63,721 nucleotides of DNA from the NCBI GenBank assembly GCA_016748015.1, contig JAAOMT010000283.1, positions 1 through 63,721 of the forward strand. Reading direction: 5' to 3'. The notes under the pieces are model-generated. The model did no database searches, was not told where the DNA came from, and saw only the letters and a list, made by a program, of their open reading frames with translations. Shown one piece after another: positions 1-12,653 of the stretch (position 1 is the stretch's first letter; each line of letters opens with the position of its first letter). This DNA is from Geosiphon pyriformis uo1. Lineage: Eukaryota; Fungi; Glomeromycota. Made by a program: the position numbers and the translations under genes.

Positions 1-3000
1 CTTATCAATACCAGCCTTTGGAATACATTTTTGATGATGCTTTTTTAAATGTAATGAATCTGATTGGCTTTAATAAATTGTTTGGTGTGGTTTTTAATTT
101 GTCTGATGATAAGACTGTGGATCTGTTTGGGATTTTTAATAAGCTCTGGAAACATTATAACAGAGTGGTTTTGAATATGTTTTTAACACTTTTGAATTCT
201 TGTTTGTTTTGTGAGTTGGTGTCTCATGCTTAGAAAGAAGCTTGAATCTTAATAATCCCTAAGCTTTATAAGTAAGAGAGCATTCTTACTAATATTTGGC
301 CAATTGCTTTGATTGAAACGGCCCATAAAATCTTTTCCAAGATTCTTTCAGACAGAATCTTATTGAAATATAGCATTTTTGATGTTTTGCATAAAGACAA
401 TTTTTTGGTTTTAAAGGGTACAACAATGCTATTTCCTATTTTTGCTGTTGGTTTGGTTATTGAAGATGCTTTGAAAAAGAATTGGGAACTTTGGTTGGTT
501 TTGCAAGACATGAAAAAGGCTTATGACTCTGTTGAGTGAAAACATCTTAGAAGGAGCTTGGTTAGGATAAAGATGTATGACAAATTTATTAAGTTTTTTG
601 GTAATATTCACAATAATTATGTCAATAGAGTTATAACAGATTTTAAGTTAACAGATAAATATCAGGTGCATAATGGTTTAGACCAAGGAGAAGTGTTTTT
701 GTTGCTTTTTTGGCACATATTTTATAATTCTCTTCTGTATAAGGTTAGGAGACAAAAAAGTGCATATGAATACTGGCTAAACTTTTATTATGTTGTCAGA
801 ATGGATTAATTGAAATCTCAAGCTGAATTAACATCTTTTCTTGCTGCTGGTGCTTTTGTTGATGACACAATCTGAATTGGAAACAGCCAAACAGTGACCC
901 AACATATTCTCAATATTGCTAGTAAGTTTTTTCAGATTAATAACATTTCTATTAATAATGACAAGACAGTAGTCATTCTTATTAATTGCAGAATTGATTG
1001 TCCTAATTTGTCAATCAGTGATTTACCTATTTTTATCACCAAGAGGAGCAAGTTTTATTACTACCTGGACATTTTTTTGTCAATTGAAGGTTTGTTGAAA
1101 CCTAGTTTGGCCAAGGCACATTCTGATGTCTGTTTTTTTGCCAACCTTGTTCTGAAAAAGACTGTTTTTAATAAGCAATTTTTGTATTTGGTTTCAGCAG
1201 TTCTCTATATCATTATCAGTTACAAGACACAGTTTAACTTTATTCCTGTTAATGTGTGCAATAAATAAGATGCTTTAATCTGTAGGGGCTTAAAGTTGAA
1301 ATCCAATCTGTCTCTCAATTTTTCCAATAATGCACTCTATTATCCTTCTTTGTATGATTTGAAAACTTTTGAGCAGGTCCAAACTAAGAATAAGGTAGCT
1401 TCTGTAGTATGTTTTGCCAACTTTATAGGAATTTTAGGTTGTTTGTTTTTGCATTAGTCTCATAACTTGCAAGTTCTGTCTTGGAGTCCACTTTACCCTT
1501 AATCTTTCTTGCTCATATTAGGATCAGTGCCTCTAATAATTTCTTGGCAGGTGTAGTTCATATTTTTCTCAGGTGTAAGTTGTCTTTGAGCATTTATATG
1601 AACAATTTTTTCTGTTTTTATAGTAGAACTTCTATGTTATCAGTTCTTAACAAATCTGAATTTTTTAAATTTCTTCTATTTTTTTGGTGTTATGGTATTG
1701 TTTTTATGGAGCAGTTTCTTTATAAGAATGGTTTTATTTTTAGTTGAAAAACTTTCAAGCATTGGAAAAAGTTGGATCTATGTGGCTCTATTCCTAAATG
1801 GTTTGGTTATTCTATTAGCTTCCTTAATAATATAGCTTTTTTTTTACTCATTTGGCTTTTTTAGATGTTTCTGGACCTTTGAATGTTTTGAAGACTAATG
1901 AATTTTGGCTTGTATGAAATTATTTGTTGGATGTTACAGCTGACAGTCTTTCTGTATATACTGATAGATTTCTGAAAAACTTGGGAAGTGTGAATGTTAA
2001 AGCTGGCACAACAGTTTATTTTAAGAATGTTAATCTGGATTTGGAGGTCAGCATTTCAGGTCTGATGTTTTCCACTCTTGTAGAATTGCAGACTGTTGTA
2101 TTGGCTCTTGAATATATTCCCTTTCTTAGTTCAGTTTGCATTTTTATAAACAGTTAGGCTGCTTTAGATGTATGTAAAATAGAATTGGGTCTTGTGCATT
2201 CAGACTTTTGGAATCAGTGTTGAGTTGAGCATTAGCATATAGTAAATATTGTTTGAGAAAAAAATTTAAACATTAATTGACATAAAATGAAAAAACATTT
2301 GAATGTATTGGGTAATATGTGTGCTGATGTGCTTGCTAATATGACTTTTCTTTTTTTATTGTATTTTCTTTTCCGAATAGATAAATGTTATATTATAACT
2401 AAAGGTGGTATTGTTTCTAACAATTCTAAACATTTTGCTTGTAGAATTTTTCAGTTTATTCATTGTGTGCATTGGAAAGTCAGTTCTGAATAATAGTTTG
2501 CTGTTAAATATTAATTGGTTTAACTTATCTTTGGTGTGGCATCCAGATTTGCACATGACTGCTGGTTTTATTAGTAGGCCAACTGCTAGTGTTCATACTT
2601 ATTTTATGAAGACTTTACACTATTAACTGCCAGTTGCTGTTTAGAAATGCCTATATGGCAAGTGTTACTCCAGTATGTTATGTCTGTATTGTGATAATAT
2701 TAAGATTTCAAATCACATTTTTTCTTATATGGTCGATGATTTTGTTTGACATCAATTGTTAGATGCTTATGTAGTTGCTTAAAGAGTGCTTTCTGGTCTT
2801 TTTTGCTCTTTTTTATGTGTGTTTTAATTGCTATCTTTTTGTGTCTCAAATATGACAGTGTGTATGGTTCTTTGCAAAGATTTTGTCTTTAATGATTGGC
2901 TACAAAAGACTTTGTCTATCTTCAAAGATGCAAAAATTACAGGTTAAAAGATTGTAAAATTTGTGTGTAAATTCTGCTTTGCTTTTAAGAATAAAGTCTG

Positions 3001-3361
3001 AGTTGTTTATGCCAAGTATCATGCATTTATGGAAAAGAATAGACTGATACCACATAATTATTCGGTTTCAGTCTTGGTCTCTGGACTGCTCTCAGTGCTT
3101 TCTGCTGGTGTGGTTAGGTTGTTTGGTATTGTTGATGCTTTTGGTTCTAACTTTGGATTTTGTAAGTTTCACTTGTTTTTTTCAGATATTGGAAATCCTA
3201 TTTCTGTTTATATAGGTGCTTAGTGTTGTTCTGATTGACTTGAGTAACTGGTTACATGTAGAAAATGCATAATTCATGCCTACTTTAGATCAATTATTTA
3301 ATGTACTATACTAGATAGTGTTTGAACCTCACTCATTAAATATTAATAAAAAAAAAAAAAA
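1..3361 (+). mobile_element. Decayed non-LTR retrotransposon (LINE), 3' part of ORF2: RT + RNase H + C-terminal Cys/His motif, ending in AATAAA/poly-A
   Basis: Fragmented LINE RT motifs (IWPIALIETAHKI, DMKKAYDSVE, GLDQGE, AFVDDTI at ~853-873). RNase H motifs (VYTD at ~1953, ELQTVVLALE, HLNVLGNMCADVLA). CLYC..H at ~2680. AATAAA at 3345-3350 runs into 14 A (3348-3361). Many premature stops. Confidence 0.92.
1924..2345 (+). pseudogene. RNase H domain of LINE ORF2 (disrupted)
   Basis: ORFs 1924..2157 and 2287..2493 carry the degenerate D-E-D..H..N..D RNase HI pattern. Confidence 0.8.
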
Positions 3362-5730
3362 TACAAATGAAACTACTGTATAAATAACTAAATTTGGTTT
3401 TTGGTAATAATAATTTAATTATAAATTTACATAAAATAATTATTTTAAATAAATTTATTTTTATATATTTAATTTGAAAAGTTTAAATTAAATTAAGTAA
3501 TTAGTTATATGTAAAAAATACATAAATTATATTTAATTTAAAACATTTAAATATTGTATTATATTAGATAATAATTGAATAATAATTTATTAAAATAATA
3601 AAAAAATTTTATAGTTAATAAAATACAAAAAAAAACAAAATACAAAAAAATTAAAATTTTGTAAAATTATTTTTAATGTTATTAATTATAAAAAAAATAA
3701 TTAATAATTAATATAATATAAATTAATTAATTATATATTAAAGAATACTTAAAAAAATTTTAAAAATACTAAAAGTATTAAAAATTTTAAAAAAATTAAC
3801 AAAAATATTAAAGATTCAAAAATGTCAAAAATATTAAAAAATATACAATATTTCATATTATAAGAATAATATATATATAAAAATAGCATTAAAAAAATAT
3901 TTAAACATTTAATAATAAAGCAATTTTTTTTAATAATTATATTTTAACTAAATCAATTATTCATAATAAATTTAATTAAAATTATTAAAACATATAAAAT
4001 TACTGTTTATGTTATTAAATTATTTTTACTTAATATTTTATTTAACAAAAATAACTAATATTTAAAATATAATTACTTATTAAATAATAATAAAAAATAA
4101 ATAATATTTAAATATAACAAAAATTAACCAATTATATATAATAAATTAGCAAATAATATAATATTTAAAATTTTAAAAATGCCAAAAATTCTAGTAATAA
4201 TTCAAAAAAATGTAAAAATATTAAGAATTTCAAAATTTTTATATTATAAAGATTTATATATATATATAATAATATTATTAAAAAATAAAAAAATAATTTT
4301 CTTAATTTAATTATATTTATTAAAAATTAATAATTTAGTACTTAAAGTAAAATTTTTTTAATAAAAATTACATAATTATTTATTTAAATTTATAAATTAA
4401 TATTTATCTTATTAAAATTACTTATTTTAATATTTAATATGTTAAATAAATAAATTTATTCAAAAAATTTAACAACATTAAAACAATAATTTTTGTTTAT
4501 AATTATTGATAAAATATTAATTTTTTATTTATTATTTTTTTTATTTTTATTTTTTTGGTTTTATTTATTGTTTATATTAAAAAAAGTGCTAAAATTACAA
4601 TATTATAAATTATTTAATAAAAAATACAAAAATAAATATAAAATTAACTTATTAAAAAATTAAATTGCTTATCAAAAAAGTAAAAAACACCAAAATAAAT
4701 CAATTATTATGAAATACCAAGTATTATTTATTATTAAAATTTAAATTTCTGTTAATTATATAAAAAATTTAATTATTAAAACTTTCAATTAACTAATTAT
4801 AATACTAGCTTATAAATTAATAAATTATATAATTATTTATAATATTTGATGTTTTTTATAAAATATAATTCACAAAAAACAGAAATACTATTAATTAATT
4901 AACAAAAAAAATTAAAATTTACAAAAACAATTTATTTTGTATTTACTAAGTATATTTGGAATTAAACAATAATAACTTTTTAATTAAATCAGATTTTAAT
5001 TTTTATATTAATAAAAAATATAAAAACTACCAAAAAATTTTTATAGTAATTTATTACAACATATTGGTTTTTTATAAAACTATAATTTTGCATTAATAAT
5101 TATAACAATAAACTATAAATTGAATTATATATCCAAAAATTTTTTTTAATAATATTTAGAAACAAAAAAAAGCTATAAATTCTAATAGTTATTTCAAAAA
5201 AAATTTAATTCCTTATTTAAAAAAACTGCAGAATATTTTATTAACTTATTATATTATTATATACTTAAAAATACAATTTAAATCTTATTAAAAACTGTAT
5301 TATTATTTATTATAAAATCAAAAAAAATTTGGTTTTTGTTTTAAAACAATTTAAAAAAAAATACAAAAATCAAAAAATTTTAAAAAAACTCTAATCTTAA
5401 AATCTATTATTATTTAAACTTTAAAAATTATTTTAAATTAAATTATTTAAAATTCAATATTTTTAAACTTCACTTTATTAATACTTAATAATTCAGTTAT
5501 TTTAATAAATTTATTATCAATACTATTAATTTTTAAAGCTTATTTACTGTTAATTTTATTTTTTATATATATTTTTCTTATTAATTATATTAATAATATA
5601 TATATTAATTGTTAAATTTAAAAAATTTACTATCAAAAAAAATAATGTTTAGATTTAACTTAATAACATAAAAAAAACTATTATTATTAATAATTAAAAT
5701 AATATTAAAACATTTAAATAAAAAAAAACT
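3362..5730. other. Extremely AT-rich degenerate block, probably an ancient hypermutated repeat/LTR relic
   Basis: Almost no G/C and no ORF >60 aa. Faint LTR-like order (ATAAATTAGC..periodic AAAATT repeats..TATATATA) at ~3715-3890 and ~4140-4270. Confidence 0.55.
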
Positions 5731-8700
5731 TTTTTTTTTCTTATGTCCTAAAATTCTTAAAAAAGTGCAAATTTTGAAAGAAGTTTTTGCTGTTTATTTT
5801 ATATCATTATTCAGCTAGATATCTCCAAACTTTTTCTATTTAAATACAAGACTGCCAACAGTAGTAGCAATTTTATTATAAAAGAGTTAAAAAAAAGTCA
5901 CTTTCTAGTTTTGCTGTTATTGACTTTTCTGTTAAGAAAAAACACAAAAGTGGTTTATTAATGAAATCTATTGCTATAGTTAATGTTTCTGTTAATGATG
6001 TTTTTGGTGATTCAGCTGGACATGTGAGTAATAATACTACTAAATCAAAGAGCATTTAATAGAAGAAACAAGTTTTCAGCAGAAGAATAGAAAAGAATTT
6101 GGTGGAAATAATACTGAAATAATGCCCAAAAAACCTAAAAAAATGATTACAAAGTGTGTTCTTGAAAAGCTTTTAGGTATGATTGATTTTAATATAGGCA
6201 GTAATAGTAATAGTAATGTATTGGATGAGTTGCTCCCATTTTCACTTTTTCTTTTTCTTAAACTCATTGTTTAAGTTTCAGTTAGAAAATTTTTTGTTCT
6301 TAATATTAATCTTGCAGTAGTAGCTGATAAATTTTCTCAAAATAAGTTGAATGTTATTAGGAAAATTTTCTCTGGTGTAAATGGTTTTAAAGAGGCCTCT
6401 ACTTTTTCAAAATTTGGTGGAATTATCTGGCTTATTTTACTTCTGAAAAGACAATAATGGCTGCAGCAAATTGGCAAATAATTGAGATGTTATAGTAAAC
6501 ACCAATCTTAAATGTTCTGTTAACAATCATATAAATTAAGCAATTGTGTTAAAAAAAATTTCTGTAAAAACATTTATTGAGACTATGTATGCTACTATAG
6601 TTGAGTTTGATAACATTAAGTCAATCAAGATACAACTAGTAAGTTTCAAACAAAAAACAGTTATCAAATTGGAAAATCAAAATTAGACTAATCTCTTGGC
6701 TTCTAAGTAGTCTACCTTCATTGAAAAAAATGCAGTTTGTGTAGCCAAGACTGATCTCAATAAACAAATGTGAAAATTTAGAGATAAGTATACTTTGTTT
6801 TATATACTTTCCATAGAAATGACTGTTTACAATATATAGGAATTTATTGGTTCTATTAATAAGAAAACTTGCATTATTAATTGTAATTTTTTCAATTATA
6901 CCCATGCTTACTGTTCTATTGTATGTTTTGGTTTTGAGTTAAAGTTGGTCAATGCAATAGCTATGACTCTAATTATAAAAAAAGTTGGTCTTTATTGGTT
7001 ATGTCTGTCTTTTGCTTTGTGTTTTGTCTGTAAAATTTCAGGTCATATATTTTTTACTTATAAGTCATCAAAAATATCATCAGCTCTAAAAAGCAAAAAA
7101 GTTCTCTTTTTAGCTTAAGATCAGTTTATATTGGCAAGAATTTATGAGAAAAAATCTTGTCTTTTAGTTTTTGGTGATAAAACTTGGGCATTAGTAATTA
7201 ATACTCTTTTTACACATGTATTTTATGGTGTTAAATCATGTTTTAGTTATATTAATAATGATAAATCTCTTCTATTTGTTATGAATAAATTGGAAATATG
7301 ATTGGTTAGAATTAAAAACAGTCTTATTAGCCCCACAAAACAAATTGATAAGTTGGCTAAGAGATTAGATTCACTTATATTGGTAGTTTTTCAGCTTAGT
7401 CCTGGATGTTAACTGTTAATAACTCCCTTATTATAGAATTAAGTAGATAATATAGTAATAAAAAAAAGCTTGAGTAAGATCATTGGTAGTAAGACTGCTG
7501 TGATTTTGGTTCTGTCTGCCTTCTTTAATATGGTTAAGTTAAAAAACATATTGAAAGATCTCTTAGTTTTAGTATTAAGTTTGTTAGTTTATTTTGATAG
7601 TTTGGTTTTAACTGGTGGCATGCTTTCCCAAACTCCTTTTTAATAAGTAGTTTTGTGTGGAAAATTGCCACATGCAATGTCAAAAAAATAAACAATCTTG
7701 CCAAGCAAAAAAATATTATTTATTAACACAAAGATATAAACAATCTGATTTCTATTATTATAGAAACCAAGTTAAAAGAAAAGATTTATCCATGAATTAA
7801 AATAAATTTGATGATGTTTAAATGTTTACTTCTGATTTGAATTTTGGTTATTTGGGTTTTGGTGTCACAATTATTATGAATGCAGTCTTGACAAGACATA
7901 TGTATAAGATCTCAGAAATTTCTGGCTGGCTGTTATCTATCAAGTTACTATTCAAAAATAAACTTTCTGTTTCAATTTTGGGGCTGTATCCTAATGCTTT
8001 ATTGGCAGTCTAATTTTTTTAGGCTGACATTATTAACTCTTTAATTGCAAAGACTGTCAATGAATTTTCTTTTGTAATTTTGGATAAGAATTTCAATAAA
8101 AATAGATTTTGCAGATGTGCTAGTTTTAAGAAATGCCTCAGTTTAGGATTAGTCAATTCATTGGTTAAAAGTTTAGCTACAAACACATCAACATAAAAAA
8201 ATTTGAAAAATATTGTAAAAACAATTAATTATGTGTTTATTTCTTCAAACTTGGTTAATACAATAGTAGATTATGGTGTAATAGGCATTAAAAAATATTT
8301 TGACACTGATTACCAAGCTGTTTCTGTTTTTGTGGGCTTGAAAGGCTTATTAGATATGCAATTAAACTCTGTGTGCAAACAAACAAACAAAAATTATTGG
8401 AAGTTTAATATTAAAAATCCTAATAAAGTAAAATAAAATGTTTTTAAGAATGCTATAACAGCTAATACTATAATGTTTTCTGATGAGTTTGTCACTTCTA
8501 AAAAGTTCTCAGATTTGGATACAATATGAGATATTATTCACAAGATTGTAATTTTTTTGGCTGATAGAACATTTAAAAAATTATGATTTAAGAATTTTAA
8601 TAGTGTTTTTATCAAAAGATCTTCTAGGTTTTATAATTTGGAAATTTTGGTTTCAAGGATTGTTAAGGCTTTTTGTGAGGAGAGTGTTAATAGATTTGGT

Positions 8701-8886
8701 TTTCTTTGAACAGTGACAAGACATTGATTATTTAAGATCTTGTAGATTCTGGTACAGATATTATTTATGTGCATTCTGCTCTGTTTGGCATAAGGAAGTC
8801 ATATTGTGCATATAAACTTGCTGAGTTATTAAGAGCTAAGAAGTTGAGCATTAGATTTGTTATTGATAAATATATGGAAAATTTTA
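5730..8886 (+). mobile_element. Second decayed LINE, 5' part: ORF1 + start of ORF2 (APE endonuclease), 3'-truncated
   Basis: ORF1-like peptide (KLNVIRKIFSGVNGF..; degenerate CxxCxxxGH knuckle at ~7019-7060). Degenerate stop/start overlap TAATAA at 7641. APE motifs WKIATCNV, IIETKL, GVTIIMN, KTINYVFIS, FDTDYQAV. Confidence 0.85.
7644..8340 (+). pseudogene. Apurinic-type endonuclease (APE) domain of LINE ORF2
   Basis: Degenerate NV(RG), ETK, (G)DFN, IDY and DH motifs of the EEP family across ORFs 7822..8013 and 8203..8436. Confidence 0.8.
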
Positions 8887-9023
8887 CAGTTGTTTATTGT
8901 ACAAAAAACTCAATCAAAACTTTTAGATTACAAACCTTTAGAAATTACTATTATTAATAATTATTGAGCACCAAATTATAGGTTTGTTATTTATTTTAAT
9001 ACTCCAAATAATAATCTGTAATA
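8887..9023 (+). repeat. 3' stub (U5 end) of a family-A LTR
   Basis: Aligns by eye to 11030-11164 (ctcaatcaaaac...gagcaccaaattatagg...ataatctgtaata). Confidence 0.75.
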
Positions 9024-9496
9024 CTGTCATTAATTTGTTTTTCATAGCTGAAAAATTAATATTTAAGACAAAAAATTTCTTAACAGATACTTCTATTGGA
9101 GTTTTTACTATTTTAAAATTAATTCATTTTCTGTTTAATAAAATATTAAGGGAAAGTAGAAAAAATCCAACTTTTTTTTCCATATTGAAATTAAAAAAAC
9201 CAAGAAAAAAGTCACAAATTATATTAAAAACCATTTTTTTGGTCTTAGAAATAGTAGCAACTAAATCAAAAAAAAATCTAGTATTAATACCAATTATAGA
9301 TCTATTGCTTTTACTATTATTAGATTTATTATTTATATCTAAATACATATCATTACCAAAATCAAGCTTGACCAAAAAAATATTTTTTACATTGTCAAAA
9401 TATTTAATATTACTAAGAATAACTCTTTTTTTTTTGGAAAAAAAAGCTATTAGCAAGATCATAAAAAACTCTTTTGAGTGTTTTTCTTTTAGATAT
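9024..9496 (-). pseudogene. Inverted LINE ORF1 N-terminal fragment
   Basis: Minus strand reads ..KIVKTPIEVSVKKFFVLNINFSAM, homologous to VSVRKFFVLNINLAV at ~6275-6320 in the + strand LINE ORF1. Confidence 0.7.
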
Positions 9497-10265
9497 TGTT
9501 ACAGGTAATTATTTGGAATCTCAAATCAAATAACAAATCCATAACTTGGTGCTTAATAGCTGCTATGATTGGTAGTATCTAAAGGTTTGATTGAGTCTTT
9601 TGTATAATAGACAGAGATTCAAGAGTTGTATTCTGTAGTTTCTCAGAATTGCAATTCTGTCAAATTTCTTTTTCAGCATAATGGCCAGTAATCCTTTTGG
9701 TAAGCTATTTTCAATTGAGTGTTCTACTCTTATTTTTGGGTCTTTTACCAGTCACTTTGATGTTGATAACTCCACACATTGATCTTTAATCAATTAGTAA
9801 ACAACAAAACAAATCAAAAAAAAGAAAGAAAATAAAAGAAAATAAAGAAATTAAGCCAAGGCAAGTAATGTTAGTATTCTGTCAATAGTCATAATCAAAA
9901 GCTATTGTTCTAGTATAATCAAGTATTTAATATTATTAACATGAAGTGTTAATAGTAGAAAGAATAATTTAGATAGTAATAATTATTTATTAATATTGAT
10001 AATTCTAATAAAGATATAGTAATAGAAAGGTTTTTGTTTTTTTCTTCTGCTTCTAACACTCTTGCTATATATACATAATTTAGGTTTTATGAAATCACTC
10101 ACATTCCTAATTTTCTAACATTGCTTTATATTGCTAAGCAATGTGCCATAATTTTTGACATTGTTCTACATTGCTGAACAATATGCTTATGTGCTAATTA
10201 CTACTCTCCTATTGGTTTATCTGTTTTCCTATTATTTTTTTTATATTTTTTTTTTATGAGTAATA
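9497..10265 (-). repeat. 3' LTR of element A0 (minus strand)
   Basis: TGTTACA at 9497. Reverse-complement PPT (ttatcttctcttttt) at 10266-10280, followed by the ORF3 C-terminus. Closest LTR match in the window is 62694-63462. Confidence 0.88.
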
Positions 10266-10380
10266 TTATCTTCTCTTTTTAATATTGAGCTTTGTCAAAA
10301 TTTTCATTTTGAATTAAGTCTAATACTTCTTTTTCTAATATTGTTTGTTCAACTTTGTTTCTTATATCTTTAATTTGTGC

Positions 10381-11164
10381 TGTTACTTATAAAATATAGA
10401 AAGTATATTAGTATATAAATTAGCCAATCAGAGGTAGATATAGTAAATGTGAAATTCTAGGATTTCTCTCAAAGAAATTGCAGGATTCCAGGAATTGCAG
10501 AATTCCTGGTATAAAAAATTGAAGAATTAAGGAATCTTGATTATGTATATATAGCAGTAGTATTAGAAATAGAAAAAACAAATCTTTTAGTTTTAGATTT
10601 GATCTAAGCAATTTTTTTATTCAAAAATATCAATAAATAATTATTTGCTATCTCAATTTATTCTCCACTATTAACACTTTATGTTGATAGTAACTGATAC
10701 TTAACCACACTAAAACAATAACTCTTGATTACAGCTATTAATGAGATATTAACATTCATTGCTTTGGCTTATTTCTTTATTTTCTTTATTTTATTTCTCT
10801 TCTTTTATCATTTTTTGTTGTTACTAACTGATTAAGAATTAAGTGCTGAGTTATTAACATCATGAATAGCCTGGTAAAAAACCCAGAAATAAGAGTAATA
10901 TTATATATATATTAATGGATAGCTTACCAAAAGAGCACAAATGCCAGAATAAAACTGGTCACCAAGCTAAAAAAGAAATTAGATAGAATTGCGATTTTGG
11001 GAGACTACTGAAAACAACTATTGAATCTTTGTTCATTATATAAAAGACTCAACCAAAACCTTCAGACAACCAAAACCTTTAAATATCACCAACCATATCA
11101 ATTATTAAGCACTAAGTTACAGATTTGTTATTTATTCTACCCACCCAAATAATTACCTGTAACA
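10381..11164 (+). repeat. 5' LTR of A1
   Basis: TGTTAC...TGTAACA ends. CCAAT (tagccaatca), GAATTCCAG-type repeats, TATATATA. Confidence 0.92.
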
Positions 11165-11183
11165 TTTGGTGCTTCCTGTAAGG
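11165..11183 (+). promoter_or_regulatory. Primer-binding site of A1 (family consensus TT-TGGTGCTCCCTGTGAGG, elongator tRNA-Met-like)
   Basis: TGG starts 2 nt after the LTR CA. Homologous PBSs on the minus strand at ~57567-57585 and ~62675-62693. tRNA identity is inferred. Confidence 0.75.
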
Positions 11184-12653
11184 TATAATCTTATAAAGAA
11201 CTAGCACCAACAACAACCATTCAAAAGTGGCAGAACCAGAAAGAATAGGAACAAACCATTTAGAATTCACCAAATCTTTATTTTAATATTACTGTTAATA
11301 CTTAAAATTAACCAGCAATCACCTATTAGCAGAATTAGCTTTCAATTTCTACATCAATGAGAAAATTTCATATTTGCTAGGAGTACCAATAGAAACTAAC
11401 TCAGCAAAAAAAAATTTCTACAATAAATTAATTTAAAACACCAGCCTACTAGTAAATTATAACTTTACCACAATCCTCATAGAAATCAATAGAGAAATTG
11501 AAAGTCACACTCAATAAAAATACCCAATTACCTACCCAAACAAAAACAAAAAAAAACTACAAATATCAGCAGTAACACTTTAAAAAATACAACCACTTAC
11601 TTGGAAAAAAACAAGACTTAAATTACCAACCAATTCATCATACTATTATACATCTGGAAGTCTCATCAACATCTCATCAGCAGACATATCGACATCAAAT
11701 ATAAAAACACCATTGGTCTGTATTCTATTTCAAAGTAAACAATTAAAAGCCAACCTATTAGAAACATATGGCAAGTATTTTGAAAGATTTAAATTCCAAT
11801 CACCAATGCCATTAAAATTTCAATTACCATTACTTCAACCAGATTTTGGAACCACGAATTCTTAGAAAGTGACAAAATCAAAAGAAAAAAAAAATGAGGA
11901 TCAAGAATTTAATTACCAAAACCCAATTTTGGAAAATCCAGAAATTGAAACTCTGAATATTCAAACTTCACAAAATTAAAATAATTCAAATCCCAACATT
12001 AATAATCAACAAAACTTATCTCTGATAATTATCATCAATCAGCCACCAATTGAACTAATTGCTAAACCAATTTAACAGCCATGAGTACTACCTTAACAAC
12101 AACCACAACTGCTACTTTAACAACCACCACAATTGCAACAACCATTACTTATAGCTCCAATGGCATATGCTCCAATCACAAAAATCAAAAAATTCACTGG
12201 CAAAGAGGATGACACCCAGGTATGACTAAATAATATCAAAAAAACCATCACAGCCAATGAATAGAATAATGCCAGAGCCATGCAAGCCATTCCATATTTT
12301 CTTTAAGATATCACTAACTTATAATATCAAAGCTTGGTCAACAAATCCCAAGACTTTAACACATTTAAGCTTGAGTTTTTGTAATACTTTAGTAACAATA
12401 ATAGCATTAACTGACTGGCCAATACCTTTACCACTATTAAACAGAGAGATGCAGAAGCAGTTACCACATACCTAGGATGCTTTTATAGAAATCTGTGCCA
12501 AATTTAGACGATATAAGCTGATTATTTCATCACACCACAAATTTTAAATCAATTCATCAGAGGCTTGTGCAGTAGCATCTTCCAATGCATATGTCCAGTA
12601 CACCCAGCAGATCTCCAAGCAGCAGTCACTTATACCAGAGATTTTAAAGCCAC

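Noticed and set aside
8984-9508. 174-aa + strand ORF and many other short antisense ORFs
   Set aside because: Shadow frames of TE coding sequence in low-complexity AT-rich DNA, with no independent motifs.
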